Below are positions 29,196 to 39,726 of a DNA stretch of 64,000 nucleotides, piece after piece (the first letter of the stretch is position 1; every line of letters starts with the position of its first letter). The translations under genes were made by a program, and so were the position numbers. The notes under the pieces are model-generated. The model saw nothing but the letters and a program-made list of their open reading frames with translations, ran no database searches and was not told where the DNA came from. Origin of the DNA: an uncultured Rikenellaceae bacterium (lineage in GTDB: Bacteria > Bacteroidota > Bacteroidia > Bacteroidales > VadinHA17). The stretch lies in contig CAZWHC010000013.1 in assembly GCA_964633505.1 (NCBI GenBank), forward strand, positions 11,685 through 75,684, in the 5' to 3' direction.

Positions 29196-30005
29196 ATGCA
29201 GTATGATCCTATAAAAAAGAAGGTAGGCCGGCTTTTTTCAGGCTCGGTGTTCATGAGAAAGGCATTTTATTTCTGCCTCGACCTGCTTCTCCTGCGTGCC
29301 TGGCATGTACGTAAAGCTCTGAAACGGATAGCCCGTAAAAATCCATTCAAAGCCTTTATGCTTGACGCTGGCGCCGGATTCGGCCAGTATACCTGGCGGA
29401 TGAGCCGGATGAATAAGAACTGGCTTATAAAAGCAGTTGATATTGATCCCGACCATACATCCGGTAACAGTACCTTTTTTGCAATGGCAGGGCTGTCGGG
29501 AAGAGTGACCTGCGAAACAGCCGATCTGACCCTGCTCACGGAAAAGGAGACATATGACTTTATACTGTCGGTTGATGTTATGGAACATATAAGGGAGGAC
29601 GAACTCGTTTTCACGAATTTCTTCAAGGCGCTGAAGCCGGGAGGCGTGCTTCTTATCTCAACACCATCCGACAAGGGAGGATCGGACGTTCATCATGAAG
29701 GCGAACTTTCATTCATCGATGAACATGTAAGGGATGGATACAGCATCGATGATATTACAGGAAAGCTTTCACGGGCCGGATTCAGGAATATCAGGGCCCG
29801 TTATACCTATGGCATCCCGGGAAGCATCTCATGGCGCCTGTCGATGAAATACCCTGTAAAAATGCTGAATTCATCAGCCGCCTTTTACCTTATCCTTCCT
29901 TTTTATTACCTTGTGATCTTTCCTTTTGCCTTAATTCTCAATAGTTTTGATCTAATACTGACGCATAAATCAGGGACCGGGCTACTGGTTTCAGCAGATA
30001 AATAA
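29196..30005 (+). CDS. Class I SAM-dependent methyltransferase with C-terminal hydrophobic helices
   Basis: Motif I LDAGAGFGQY, plus GGVLLISTP. The last roughly 50 aa are hydrophobic. Confidence 0.75.
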   Translation: MQYDPIKKKVGRLFSGSVFMRKAFYFCLDLLLLRAWHVRKALKRIARKNPFKAFMLDAGAGFGQYTWRMSRMNKNWLIKAVDIDPDHTSGNSTFFAMAGLSGRVTCETADLTLLTEKETYDFILSVDVMEHIREDELVFTNFFKALKPGGVLLISTPSDKGGSDVHHEGELSFIDEHVRDGYSIDDITGKLSRAGFRNIRARYTYGIPGSISWRLSMKYPVKMLNSSAAFYLILPFYYLVIFPFALILNSFDLILTHKSGTGLLVSADK

Positions 30006-30007
30006 AA

Positions 30008-31231
30008 GTGAAGCTATCCCTATATATTGCTCGCAGGTATCTCTTCGCCAAAAAATCGAGGAACGCCATTAACGTGATCTCATCGGTTTCAGTGGCAGGT
30101 GTTGCCGTGGGGACCATGGCTCTTGTCATCGTCCTTTCGGTATTCAACGGCCTCGAATCGCTGGTCCGCTCGATTTTCAACACATTTGATCCCGACCTGA
30201 AGATTACGGCTGCGGCAGGTAAAACCTTTGTCTGCGACAGTGCAAGGCTTACTCTTCTTTCGAAGGTTAACGGCGTTGAATGTTATTCCCTCTGTGTCGA
30301 AGAGAATGCACTTCTTAAATATGGCGAGAAACAATATATCGCAACTATAAAGGGGGTCGACGACCGTTACAACGAAGTTACGGGGATCGACAGTTCCATG
30401 TGGGACGGAGAATTTCTTCTGAGATCTGAACAGGGAAGACCGTATGCAATCCCCGGGATCGGAATTGCTAATTTCCTCGGACTGAGGGTAAATTTCATAA
30501 CACCACTGAACATCTATGTGCCTAAAAGGACCGGTGATGTCGACCTGAATCCCGAAAGCGCCTTCATCAGGAATTATATTTTTCCATCGGGGATCTACCA
30601 GGTCGAACAGGAATATGATTCGAAATATGTTTTCATGCCCCTCGGATTTGCACGCGAGCTCCTGGAATATAAATCGGAGGTAACCTCGCTGGAGGTCAAA
30701 TTCGCCGCAGGGGCAAGGGAAACAGCCGTTCAGAAAGATGTGATGAAAATTTTCGGAAAGGATTTTATAGTTCAAAACAAATATGAACAACAGGAGATAT
30801 TTTATAAGGTAATGAAGTCGGAGAGACTGGCCATATTCCTCATCCTCACCCTTATACTCGTTATAGCATCGTTCAGCATAATAGGTTCGCTTACAATGCT
30901 TATTATCGAAAAAGAGAGGGATGTTGAAATTCTAAGGAGCCTCGGGGCAGATAATGACCTGATAAAGAAAATCTTTATTTTTGAAGGATGGCTGATATCT
31001 ATTCTCGGAGCTGCTGCAGGAATAATCCTTGGATTTTTAATTTGCTGGATTCAGCAGACTTTTGGGATAATAAGGCTCAGAGGCGAATCACTGGTAATGG
31101 ATGCTTATCCTGTCGTAATGAAAATCAAGGATTTCCTCATTGTTCCCGCCACAGTTCTTCTTATCGGGTACTGGGCAGCATGGTACCCTGTCAGGTTCCT
31201 GTCAAAGAAATATCTTTCCGATAACAAATGA
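30008..31231 (+). CDS. LolC/LolE-family (FtsX-like) ABC transporter permease
   Basis: 407 aa with GTG start and N-terminus MKLSLYIARRYLFAKK. One TM, a large periplasmic domain, then three C-terminal TMs. Confidence 0.85.
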   Translation: MKLSLYIARRYLFAKKSRNAINVISSVSVAGVAVGTMALVIVLSVFNGLESLVRSIFNTFDPDLKITAAAGKTFVCDSARLTLLSKVNGVECYSLCVEENALLKYGEKQYIATIKGVDDRYNEVTGIDSSMWDGEFLLRSEQGRPYAIPGIGIANFLGLRVNFITPLNIYVPKRTGDVDLNPESAFIRNYIFPSGIYQVEQEYDSKYVFMPLGFARELLEYKSEVTSLEVKFAAGARETAVQKDVMKIFGKDFIVQNKYEQQEIFYKVMKSERLAIFLILTLILVIASFSIIGSLTMLIIEKERDVEILRSLGADNDLIKKIFIFEGWLISILGAAAGIILGFLICWIQQTFGIIRLRGESLVMDAYPVVMKIKDFLIVPATVLLIGYWAAWYPVRFLSKKYLSDNK

Positions 31232-32022
31232 TAACAGAAATGAGATTGTCGCTCCGGAATATATTACCCCTGATTCTTGCCTTTACAATAGTTTACGGCT
31301 CATGTACCGGACGTAAAAGCAAAGCAGAACACAGGGATCTTATTCCTGAAAATGATCTTGTGGAGATACTTAGGGATGTTCATCTGACCGACGGACTGTT
31401 ATCGATGCCCGGCATTAACTATAAATATTCCTTCGGCGACTCAATTTCTTCCTATATAGATGTCATCGAAAGTCATGGTTATACAAAACAGCAGATGGAC
31501 AGGACCATGCGCTTCTATTTTGTAAAAAGGCCAAAGAAACTTGTAAGTGTTTACGACAGGGTTCTGGGCAGCCTCAGTGCTCTTGAATCGAGGATAGATA
31601 AGGAAATTCCGGGCTTCAGATCGAATGCCCAGAATCTTTGGACCGGAAAGGATTATTACTCCTTTCCTGATCCTTTCGGGAAAGATCCTGAACCCCTCGA
31701 TATCCCGTTGGTCTACCTTGAATCATATAACATCAGATTCACCATGACGCTCTTCCCCGACGACTGCACCGGCAACCCCCGCCCCGACCTTTACCTTTCC
31801 CATACCGACTCCCTGGGAAATGAGAAGAAGATATATTTTTCTGCCCTGCCCTATATTAAGGACGGATACCCTCACTCCTATACTATCCATTCAACAAATA
31901 AGCTCCCTCCGCCTGTCAGGTTAAGAGGCTGGTTCATAAACCAGGATGAAAGTTCCACGGAGAGGGAACACAACTATACTGTTTCAAACATTCTCCTTTC
32001 GCGAAACAGACTTGAAAGATGA
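31228..32022 (+). CDS. Lipoprotein, DUF4296-like N-terminus
   Basis: 264 aa with a lipobox-like ...IVYGSC and the motif DLVEILRDVHLTDG. ATGA overlap with the upstream permease gene. Confidence 0.55.
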   Translation: MITEMRLSLRNILPLILAFTIVYGSCTGRKSKAEHRDLIPENDLVEILRDVHLTDGLLSMPGINYKYSFGDSISSYIDVIESHGYTKQQMDRTMRFYFVKRPKKLVSVYDRVLGSLSALESRIDKEIPGFRSNAQNLWTGKDYYSFPDPFGKDPEPLDIPLVYLESYNIRFTMTLFPDDCTGNPRPDLYLSHTDSLGNEKKIYFSALPYIKDGYPHSYTIHSTNKLPPPVRLRGWFINQDESSTEREHNYTVSNILLSRNRLER

Positions 32023-33200
32023 GGCATTTTTCAGCTCAATATGTGTTTACAAATGAAGGAACTCCCCTGAAGCGTGGCATCGTATCGGTTTCCGATGACG
32101 GGACTATTACCGGAATACACGATTCGGGAGGTGACCTCGCAGAACAGAGATCAGTGGAATTTCATAACGGAATTATAATCCCCGGATTTGTAAACTGTCA
32201 TTGCCATCTCGAGCTTTCACATATGAGGAATGTCATCCCGCAGGGAGTAGGCCTTTCAGAATTCCTCAGAATATTCCGCGATTCAAGGATCTCGCCCCTT
32301 GATAAAATAAGCGGATCAGCAAAAGCTGCCGACGAGGAGATGTACCATGGGGGAACGCAACTCTGTGCCGATATTTGCAATACCAGCCATACTTTCGGAG
32401 TAAAAAAACAGAGCAGGATCAGATATTTAAACCTTCTTGAGGTATTCGGAATCGACAGCAAAAAAGCTGTCAAACGGCTTGATGAGATAAAAAGCCTTGC
32501 CGCTGAAGCTGATGAGACAGGATTGAAATATTCGATCGTGCCTCATGCGGTTTATTCAATATCGCTGCGACTTTTCAGACTGCTTCGTGCCGTTACGGCA
32601 TCAAACAGGGTCACTTCCGTACATTTCATGGAGACCCCGGCAGAGAAAATGCTTCTTGAAAAATTTGAAGGCCCCCTGATGGATTCTTACAGTGAATCCG
32701 AACTTGTCGATTCAGGAAAGAACCCCGATCTTGTAAGGGATCACGCAACAGCTGTCCTCGAATATATAACCCCTTCGGGAAACCTTATTCTTGTACATAA
32801 TACATTTGCTGATAAGAATACAATCGACAGTCTTAAAGAGCGAAATAACATTTTCTGGTGCCTCTGTCCGAAAGCAAATCTTTATATAGAGGATCAACTG
32901 CCTCCCCTAAAGCTTCTGATGAATTCTTACTGCACGATTGTGATCGGGACCGACAGTTATGCATCAAATGACAAACTCGATATACTCGATGAGATAAGGA
33001 CATTGCAGGAACATTTCCCTTCAGTATCCCTTGAAGATCTGATAAGGTTTGCTACAATAAACGGAGCTGAAGCACTCGGTGAACAGGAAATGTACGGTTC
33101 GATAAAAACCGGCAAAAAGCCCGGACTTCTTTTGCTTAAAGACCTTGATATCGCCAATTTCAGGCTTCTTCCGGGTACCTTTGTCCGCAGGCTGGTCTGA
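32019..33200 (+). CDS. Amidohydrolase-family metal-dependent hydrolase
   Basis: 393 aa with the HxH motif VNCHCHLELSHM. ATGA overlap with the upstream gene. Confidence 0.75.
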   Translation: MRHFSAQYVFTNEGTPLKRGIVSVSDDGTITGIHDSGGDLAEQRSVEFHNGIIIPGFVNCHCHLELSHMRNVIPQGVGLSEFLRIFRDSRISPLDKISGSAKAADEEMYHGGTQLCADICNTSHTFGVKKQSRIRYLNLLEVFGIDSKKAVKRLDEIKSLAAEADETGLKYSIVPHAVYSISLRLFRLLRAVTASNRVTSVHFMETPAEKMLLEKFEGPLMDSYSESELVDSGKNPDLVRDHATAVLEYITPSGNLILVHNTFADKNTIDSLKERNNIFWCLCPKANLYIEDQLPPLKLLMNSYCTIVIGTDSYASNDKLDILDEIRTLQEHFPSVSLEDLIRFATINGAEALGEQEMYGSIKTGKKPGLLLLKDLDIANFRLLPGTFVRRLV

Positions 33201-33228
33201 CATTCTTTTCAAACTATCTAATATGTTC

Positions 33229-33236
33229 TAATTTTG
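33229..33236 (+). promoter_or_regulatory. Bacteroidetes-type -7 box (TAATTTTG) for the radical SAM gene
   Basis: Matches TAnnTTTG, 22 nt upstream of the ATG at 33259. Confidence 0.45.
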
Positions 33237-33258
33237 CGGTGTTTCTTATTAATTACTG

Positions 33259-34041
33259 ATGTCAACATTTCTTTTCGATAAAATTATATTCGGACCCGTC
33301 AGGAGCAGAAGACTGGGCGTTTCGTTGGGTATCAACCTGCTTCCTGCAACAAGAAAAGTCTGCAACTTCAACTGCATCTATTGCGAATGCGGGTGGACAA
33401 ATCAACCGGATAGCGTGAGAAGCCCGTTCCCCCGTCGTGAGGAGGTAAGCACAGCCCTTGATAAGAAACTTGCTCAGATGAAGGCCGGCAATCAACATCC
33501 CGATGTAATAACCTTTGCAGGAAACGGAGAACCAACACTTCATCCTTCATTTCCCGAAATAGTCGACGATACTATTGAGCTCAGGGACAAGTACTTCCCC
33601 GATACAAAGATTGCAGTTCTTTCAAATTCAACAACTATAACCGTACCCCGGATAAGGGAGGCCCTTCTTAAAGTCGATCAGAACATTCTCAAGCTTGACT
33701 CAGGTTTCGACCTTACAGTCAGAGTCCATAACCAGCCCAGGGTCAACTTCAAGGTCGCCGAGCTGATCGGGAACCTTAAACAGCTCAAAGGCAGCCTGAT
33801 AATACAGACACTTTTTCTCAGGGGTGAATATAACGGCAGGGTGATCGACAACACAACACCCGAAGAACTCGAAGCATGGCTTAAAGCCGTTGCTCTGATC
33901 AAACCCTCAGAGGTTATGATCTATACAATTTCAAGGGATACGCCCGAAGGAGGCCGACTTGCCAAAGTGCCGGTTTCCGAACTGAAGCGTATTGCCGCCA
34001 TGGTAAACGGCCTGGGAATAAAAACCAGCGTATCGGGCTGA
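33259..34041 (+). CDS. Radical SAM protein
   Basis: 260 aa: GPVRSRRLGVSLGINLLP...CNFNCIYCECG (CxxxCxxC cluster motif). Confidence 0.85.
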   Translation: MSTFLFDKIIFGPVRSRRLGVSLGINLLPATRKVCNFNCIYCECGWTNQPDSVRSPFPRREEVSTALDKKLAQMKAGNQHPDVITFAGNGEPTLHPSFPEIVDDTIELRDKYFPDTKIAVLSNSTTITVPRIREALLKVDQNILKLDSGFDLTVRVHNQPRVNFKVAELIGNLKQLKGSLIIQTLFLRGEYNGRVIDNTTPEELEAWLKAVALIKPSEVMIYTISRDTPEGGRLAKVPVSELKRIAAMVNGLGIKTSVSG

Positions 34042-34043
34042 CA

Positions 34044-35135
34044 TTGAATGCCGGAAAGAATATACTGATATGTCCTCTCGAATGGGGTCTCGGTCATGCC
34101 GGAAGAATGATACCACTTGCCCGCATGCTGCAGGCTGATGACAATACTGTTTACATCGGTACAGGAAAAGAACACCGGCAATTCCTTAGCGAAGAACTCA
34201 AAGGTGTGAAGTTCATCGATTTCGGGGGATTCAGGCCCTCCTATTCAGCCGTTCTGCCTCAGTATATTGCATTATTTTTTCAGATACCTGTTCTTTTCTT
34301 CCACATCCTTAAAGAACACATCCGGCTTGGCACGATAATAAAAAAGTACAACATCGATGTTGTGATAAGCGATAACAGGTTTGGTCTCTGGAACCGGAAT
34401 GTGAAAAGCGTATATGTCACCCATCAGATAAGGATACCCTTCCCTGCCGGATTCCGTTTTCTCGAATGGGCCGGGATATACTTCCACAGGTTCTTCATTA
34501 AAAAATACGATCTGTGCTTCATACCCGATCTTCCCGGTGAAATGAACCTGACGGGCCGGCTGTCACATTCTGTCAGACTCCCGGGAAATGCAAGGTTCAT
34601 AGGTATACTCTCGAGGTTCTCTTTTACAGGCGAAGATGAAGGAAGCAGCAGTATTTCTGCTCACAACACACTTATACTCTCTGGTCCCGAACCCCAGAGA
34701 AGCATTCTCAGGAATATTATTACGAAGCTTCAGGTACACGATTCAATTCCTCTCGTGGTGCTTGAAGGGAGGCCTGGATTAGCAGATGAGGATAATGGTT
34801 TGGGAAATATAATCTCCTGCAACAATCTCCCGGCAGTCGAAATGAAAAGGATAATACAAGACAGCACAGGTATTATTGCCCGGGCCGGATATACATCCAT
34901 TATGGAGCTTGTAAGCATGAACTGCAGCGCCCTGCTTGTTCCGACACCGGGTCAGACCGAACAGGAATATCTTGCCGGCCGGCTCTCTGAGAAAGGCTGG
35001 TTTACCGCGATTAGGCAGAATGACCTTAAAAGAGGTTTTTCGCTTCCTCAGAAAAATGCAGTATGGAGCAGCGATATCCCGGGAAAAAGCAGGATTCTTT
35101 TAAAAAGCGCCCTCAGGGAGCTGTCAGATAAGTAA
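34044..35135 (+). CDS. GT-B glycosyltransferase (MurG/UDP-glycosyltransferase-like)
   Basis: 363 aa with an N-terminal glycine-rich WGLGHAGR. TTG start directly after the upstream stop, with no in-frame ATG before the conserved N-terminus. Confidence 0.7.
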   Translation: MNAGKNILICPLEWGLGHAGRMIPLARMLQADDNTVYIGTGKEHRQFLSEELKGVKFIDFGGFRPSYSAVLPQYIALFFQIPVLFFHILKEHIRLGTIIKKYNIDVVISDNRFGLWNRNVKSVYVTHQIRIPFPAGFRFLEWAGIYFHRFFIKKYDLCFIPDLPGEMNLTGRLSHSVRLPGNARFIGILSRFSFTGEDEGSSSISAHNTLILSGPEPQRSILRNIITKLQVHDSIPLVVLEGRPGLADEDNGLGNIISCNNLPAVEMKRIIQDSTGIIARAGYTSIMELVSMNCSALLVPTPGQTEQEYLAGRLSEKGWFTAIRQNDLKRGFSLPQKNAVWSSDIPGKSRILLKSALRELSDK

Positions 35136-35756
35136 AATAAAAAGGCTTATTCCAAGGAAACCTGTTGCAAATCCCGCCCAAACCTGCGAAGGTTCGTGGG
35201 CATTCAGCCTCAGCCGTGAAGCCAGTATCACCCCGCTTGCAAGTATGATGGCGGCCAGATACCATAACAGGTCGGCCTGCATCTTAAACGACAGGATCAG
35301 TATTGTTGCAGTAAGGGCGCCTGCCCCTGCCGAATGTATTGAAATTTTCCACCAGAAATTTATCATCGACAGGATGATTGCAACAACTGAAGTTGCAAAG
35401 ATGAACGATTTCAGAAAGAAAGGTATCTGAAACCTGAAAATTATAAATGATGTCGTACAGTAAAGAATGGCGGTTGTAAGGAGAGGCATCACCCTCTCAT
35501 TCCTGTCGTCGATGCTGTAAGATGATATCAGCTTCCTGTATCTGAAAAACATAAGCAACCCGGCAGGGATCAACACATTGTTAATTACAATCACGAGAAG
35601 CAGGAGTTCCTTTATCTCAACAGGGAGATATCTTATTAAGGTCGGAGCTGTCAGAAGAAAGACAAGTCCGTAAAGTGGCATTAAAAGAGGATGAAAGATC
35701 ACAGAAACCAGCCAGGCCAGCTTTTCGTATATATTTGTCTCCCTCTGGTTATCCAT
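35124..35756 (-). CDS. PAP2-superfamily-like integral membrane protein
   Basis: 210 aa with about 6 TMs. SIHSAG and SRLRLNAHEPSQV resemble PAP2 motifs PSGH and SRxxxxxHxxxD/Q. Confidence 0.55.
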   Translation of the reverse strand: MDNQRETNIYEKLAWLVSVIFHPLLMPLYGLVFLLTAPTLIRYLPVEIKELLLLVIVINNVLIPAGLLMFFRYRKLISSYSIDDRNERVMPLLTTAILYCTTSFIIFRFQIPFFLKSFIFATSVVAIILSMINFWWKISIHSAGAGALTATILILSFKMQADLLWYLAAIILASGVILASRLRLNAHEPSQVWAGFATGFLGISLFILLI

Positions 35757-37223
35757 TCATATCTCCCTTCTTAATCTCGCGACCGGAATATTTAGCTGTT
35801 CACGGTATTTGGCCACGGTCCTGCGGGCAATCTGGTATCCCTTCTCCTGCAGGATCTCGGTAAGACGCTCATCTGTCAGCGGTCTCCTCTTCTCTTCATT
35901 TTCAATACAATCCTGAAGTATTCTCTTTATCTCGCGTGTCGATACTTCTTCGCCGGTATCGGTCTGGAGCCCTTCCGAGAAGAAAAATTTCAGCGGGAAA
36001 ATCCCGAAATGAGTCTGAATGTATTTGCTGTTTGCCACTCTTGAGACTGTCGATATATCAAGGCCGGTCATTTCCGCCACATCTTTGAGTATCATGGGCT
36101 TCAGCTTTGTTTCATCGCCATCGGCGAAATAATCGCGCTGATATTCGAGTATGGCATTCATTGTAAGCAGAAGCGTGTTCTGCCTTTGCCTGATGGCATC
36201 GATGAACCATTTGGCCGAATCGATTTTCTGCTTCACAAATATTATGGCATCCTTCATCTCCTTCTTCTGATCCTTGTTCCGTATATACGACTGGAGCATC
36301 TCATTGTATCCGGGATTAAGCCTCAGTTCGGGGAGGTTCCTCGAATTGAGGTGAAGGTCGAAGCCGTCTTCTGAAAGTTCGAGAATAAAATCAGGTATTA
36401 TTTGCTGTGAGGTCTTTGTAAAGGAATCACTGTAAAAGCTTCCGGGCTTCGGATTCAGTTTCAGCACTTCATCGATTGCCTGCTTAAGGTCACTTTCGCT
36501 GATTCCCATCCTGGCGGTTATCTTGTCGTAATGCCTTTTAGAGAACTCATCAAAATACTGGTCTACAACTATATAAGCATTTCTTACGGAAGGCAGTGTC
36601 CGGTCTTTTATTGCAAGCTGTATTAAAAGTGATTCCCGTAATGTACGTGCCCCAACGCCCGGAGGATCGAGGTCCTGAATAATATGAAGCACCTCTTCGA
36701 GTTCGGCCTCATCGGTGGATATGTTCTGAAGAAATGCCAGGTCGTCGACTATATTGGGCAGATCCCTTCTCAGATAGCCATCCTCGTCGATATTCCCGAG
36801 GATATATTCTCCTAGGATCTTTTGTTTTTCAGTGAGGTCTCTGAGGCTGAGCTGATCCTGAAGATGTTCATGGAAAGAGGAACCCGCCGAAAACGGGATA
36901 TCGTTCTTCTTTTCATCATCACGGCTGTAATTGTTTGTCTGGAGACGATATTCAGGGATTTCATCCTCTTGTATATAATCGTCGAGGGTAAACTCCTCCT
37001 GATCCTTGTCAGGCTCCTCAAATTGTTCTTCATCCTGTTCCTCGTTGCTGTTAAGAATATCCTCCTCCTGATCGGGGCCTTCCTCAAGGGCAGGATTCTC
37101 TTCGAGTTCCTTTTTTATTCGCTGTTCTATCTGCAACGTAGGGACCTCCAGCAGCTTTATCATTTGTATCTGCTGAGGCGACAGCTTCTGAAGCAATTTT
37201 TGTTGTAGTTTTTGCTTTAACAT
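35757..37223 (-). CDS. rpoN: RNA polymerase sigma-54 factor
   Basis: 488 aa with a Gln/Leu-rich N-terminus, an acidic region and the RpoN box ARRTVAKYREQLNIP. Confidence 0.95.
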   Translation of the reverse strand: MLKQKLQQKLLQKLSPQQIQMIKLLEVPTLQIEQRIKKELEENPALEEGPDQEEDILNSNEEQDEEQFEEPDKDQEEFTLDDYIQEDEIPEYRLQTNNYSRDDEKKNDIPFSAGSSFHEHLQDQLSLRDLTEKQKILGEYILGNIDEDGYLRRDLPNIVDDLAFLQNISTDEAELEEVLHIIQDLDPPGVGARTLRESLLIQLAIKDRTLPSVRNAYIVVDQYFDEFSKRHYDKITARMGISESDLKQAIDEVLKLNPKPGSFYSDSFTKTSQQIIPDFILELSEDGFDLHLNSRNLPELRLNPGYNEMLQSYIRNKDQKKEMKDAIIFVKQKIDSAKWFIDAIRQRQNTLLLTMNAILEYQRDYFADGDETKLKPMILKDVAEMTGLDISTVSRVANSKYIQTHFGIFPLKFFFSEGLQTDTGEEVSTREIKRILQDCIENEEKRRPLTDERLTEILQEKGYQIARRTVAKYREQLNIPVARLRREI

Positions 37224-37257
37224 TCCCCTATAACGCTTTTCGGGCCCTTAAATGTAT

Positions 37258-38658
37258 TTAAAATTCAGCATTTTTTGGTGTTCTTGGGAACGGGATAACA
37301 TCCCTGATGTTCGACATCCCGGTCATAAAGAGGATAAGGCGTTCAAACCCAAGGCCGAATCCGCTGTGGGGGGCGGTTCCGAATTTCCTGGTTTCAAGAT
37401 ACCACCAGAGATCCTTAATGGGGATATTCAATTCATTTATACGGTTGAGAAGCCTGTCGTGATCTTCCTCGCGCTGCGACCCGCCTATAATCTCGCCTAT
37501 TCCCGGGAAAAGGACATCCATTGCCCTTACAGTCTTCCCGTCGTTGTTCTGCTTCATATAAAAGGCTTTGATCTCTTTCGGGTAATCTGTAAGTATAACA
37601 GGCCGTTTAAAATGATCTTCCACAAGGTATCTTTCATGTTCAGCCTGCAGATCCCTGCCCCATCCAACAGGATATTCCCATTTTTTATCAGCAGCTGTCA
37701 GGATGCTTACTGCTTCGGTATAGGTTATCCTTACAAAATCGTTTGAAACAACAAATTTAAGCCTTTCAAGAAGATCCTTGTCAATCATATTGTTAAGGAA
37801 ACCAAGGTCGTCGCTGCAGTTTTCAAGGGCATAACGGATAAGGTATTTCACAAACTCCTCTGCAAGGTTCATGTTATCCTCCAGATCATAAAATGCCATT
37901 TCCGGCTCTATCATCCAGAATTCTGCAAGGTGCCTCGGGGTATTCGAATTTTCAGCCCTGAAGGTAGGACCGAAGGTATATATCTCTCCGAGTGAAAGGG
38001 CGCCCAGTTCACCTTCAAGCTGCCCCGAGACTGTCAGGTTTGTGACCTTGCCAAAGAAATCGCGGCTGTAATCTATTTCAGCGGTTTCGGTAAGAGGCGG
38101 ATTTTTAATATCGAGTGTTGTAACATGGAACATCTCTCCGGCGCCTTCGGCGTCGCTTCCAGTTATAATGGGAGTATGAAGGTAATAGAATCCCTTGTCG
38201 TTGAAATATTTGTGAATTGCATATGCCATGGCATGCCTTATTCTGAAGACAGCGCCGAAAGTATTAGTCCTGAACCGCAGATGTGCATGCTCCCTGAGGA
38301 ATTCCATGGAATGACCTTTCTTCTGCAGGGGATAGGAATCAGCATCACATTTGCCGTATATTTCAATTGATGAAGCATTGATCTCAACATTCTGACCCTG
38401 TCCCTGCGACTCGACCAGCCTGCCGGTGACAGCCATGCAGGTTCCTGTTGTAATATCCTTCAGAAGGTTTTCATCAAATGTTGAGTTTTCGGCAACAATC
38501 TGAATGTTGTTAATTGTCGATCCGTCATTCAGGGCAATGAAGGATATATTTTTATTACCCCTTCGTGTCCTTACCCATCCCTTAACGAGTACATCTTCAC
38601 CGGTAACCGGAGCAGCAAGCAGTTCTTTAATTTTTTCCCTTTTCATCATTAATTTCAA
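37258..38658 (-). CDS. asnS: Asparagine--tRNA ligase
   Basis: 466 aa with an OB-fold N-terminus and class II motifs (FRAENSNT..., GFGLGFERL). Confidence 0.95.
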   Translation of the reverse strand: MKLMMKREKIKELLAAPVTGEDVLVKGWVRTRRGNKNISFIALNDGSTINNIQIVAENSTFDENLLKDITTGTCMAVTGRLVESQGQGQNVEINASSIEIYGKCDADSYPLQKKGHSMEFLREHAHLRFRTNTFGAVFRIRHAMAYAIHKYFNDKGFYYLHTPIITGSDAEGAGEMFHVTTLDIKNPPLTETAEIDYSRDFFGKVTNLTVSGQLEGELGALSLGEIYTFGPTFRAENSNTPRHLAEFWMIEPEMAFYDLEDNMNLAEEFVKYLIRYALENCSDDLGFLNNMIDKDLLERLKFVVSNDFVRITYTEAVSILTAADKKWEYPVGWGRDLQAEHERYLVEDHFKRPVILTDYPKEIKAFYMKQNNDGKTVRAMDVLFPGIGEIIGGSQREEDHDRLLNRINELNIPIKDLWWYLETRKFGTAPHSGFGLGFERLILFMTGMSNIRDVIPFPRTPKNAEF

Positions 38659-38677
38659 TTGTCTCGGAATAATGCCG

Positions 38678-38685
38678 CAAAAGTA
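38678..38685 (-). promoter_or_regulatory. Bacteroidetes-type -7 box (TACTTTTG on minus strand) for asnS-rpoN
   Basis: Matches TAnnTTTG, 19 nt upstream of the ATG at 38658. Confidence 0.45.
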
Positions 38686-38829
38686 ATAAAATGTTAACCT
38701 TTAACTTCCATTGCATCACCATTATTTTTACTGCCGTCATTTCAAATAGTCAGATAATTTGAAGCTTACAATAATATTTTAAATTTAAAACAGTTTTTAA
38801 TTAAGCGTCATTATGTAGTAAAAACTGAA

Positions 38830-38837
38830 TAACTTTG
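38830..38837 (+). promoter_or_regulatory. Bacteroidetes-type -7 box (TAACTTTG) for the usp gene
   Basis: Matches TAnnTTTG, 28 nt upstream of the ATG at 38866. Confidence 0.4.
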
Positions 38838-38865
38838 GATAAATAACCGTTAAGCGTAAATCATT

Positions 38866-39720
38866 ATGGAAGAGAAACAAAAACTTATTGTTGTACCATG
38901 GGATTTCACACCTGTTGCAGAATCGGCTCTTGCACATGCTGTTAAGATTGGCAGGATGGTCGGAGAAAGCATTTGCCTTTTACATATAGTCGACACCACT
39001 ATCAAGCCAAAGGCAGAGGGTGAAAAGAAGGCTCTGCTAAAGCATGTGGCAGAAGAGAGCAGCAGAAAATATGATTTTGCAGTCTCTGCCAAGGTATTAC
39101 GGGGATCGATATTCACTTCGATTGCGGAATTTGTAAATGACAACGAGGCAAGCCTGGTGGTTATGGGTACGCATGGCATGGTCGGCATGCAGAAGCTTAC
39201 AGGAAGCTGGGCCCTCAAGGTTATTGTCAAATCAAAGGCTCCGTTTATTGTGGTTCAGGAACCTCCTGCCGATCAGGAGAGATATCATAATATTGTATTT
39301 CCGATCGACTTCAGGGTTGAAAACAAGGAAAAAATGGGGATGGCGATCTTCATGGGCAAGTATTTCGATTCCAAAATTCATATTCTGAGAACGGCAACAA
39401 ACGATAAGAGTCTGAAGACAAAAATAAACAGGAACCTGAACTTTGCCGTTAAGTATCTGATCCAAAATAATGTGGAATATGAAATCCATGAAATTCCCCA
39501 TGGAAAGATGGCCCAGCAGACAATCGATTTCGCCCAGAAGACGAAAGCCGATCTTATCCTCATAGTGACAACAAAGAATATAACCCTTGCCGATTATATG
39601 CTCGGGGCTTCAGAACAGTACATTATTGCTAACAGCTCCAAAATTCCCGTCTGCTGCGTGAATCCGCGATCATCATTTGCCAGCTCATCGCAGTTCATGG
39701 GAGGCTGGGGAGGAGTATAA
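38866..39720 (+). CDS. Universal stress protein (tandem Usp domains)
   Basis: 284 aa with two Usp-like halves (…LLHIVD… / …LVVMGTHG…; …IHILR… / …LILIVTT…). Confidence 0.8.
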   Translation: MEEKQKLIVVPWDFTPVAESALAHAVKIGRMVGESICLLHIVDTTIKPKAEGEKKALLKHVAEESSRKYDFAVSAKVLRGSIFTSIAEFVNDNEASLVVMGTHGMVGMQKLTGSWALKVIVKSKAPFIVVQEPPADQERYHNIVFPIDFRVENKEKMGMAIFMGKYFDSKIHILRTATNDKSLKTKINRNLNFAVKYLIQNNVEYEIHEIPHGKMAQQTIDFAQKTKADLILIVTTKNITLADYMLGASEQYIIANSSKIPVCCVNPRSSFASSSQFMGGWGGV

Positions 39721-39726
39721 GGCCAG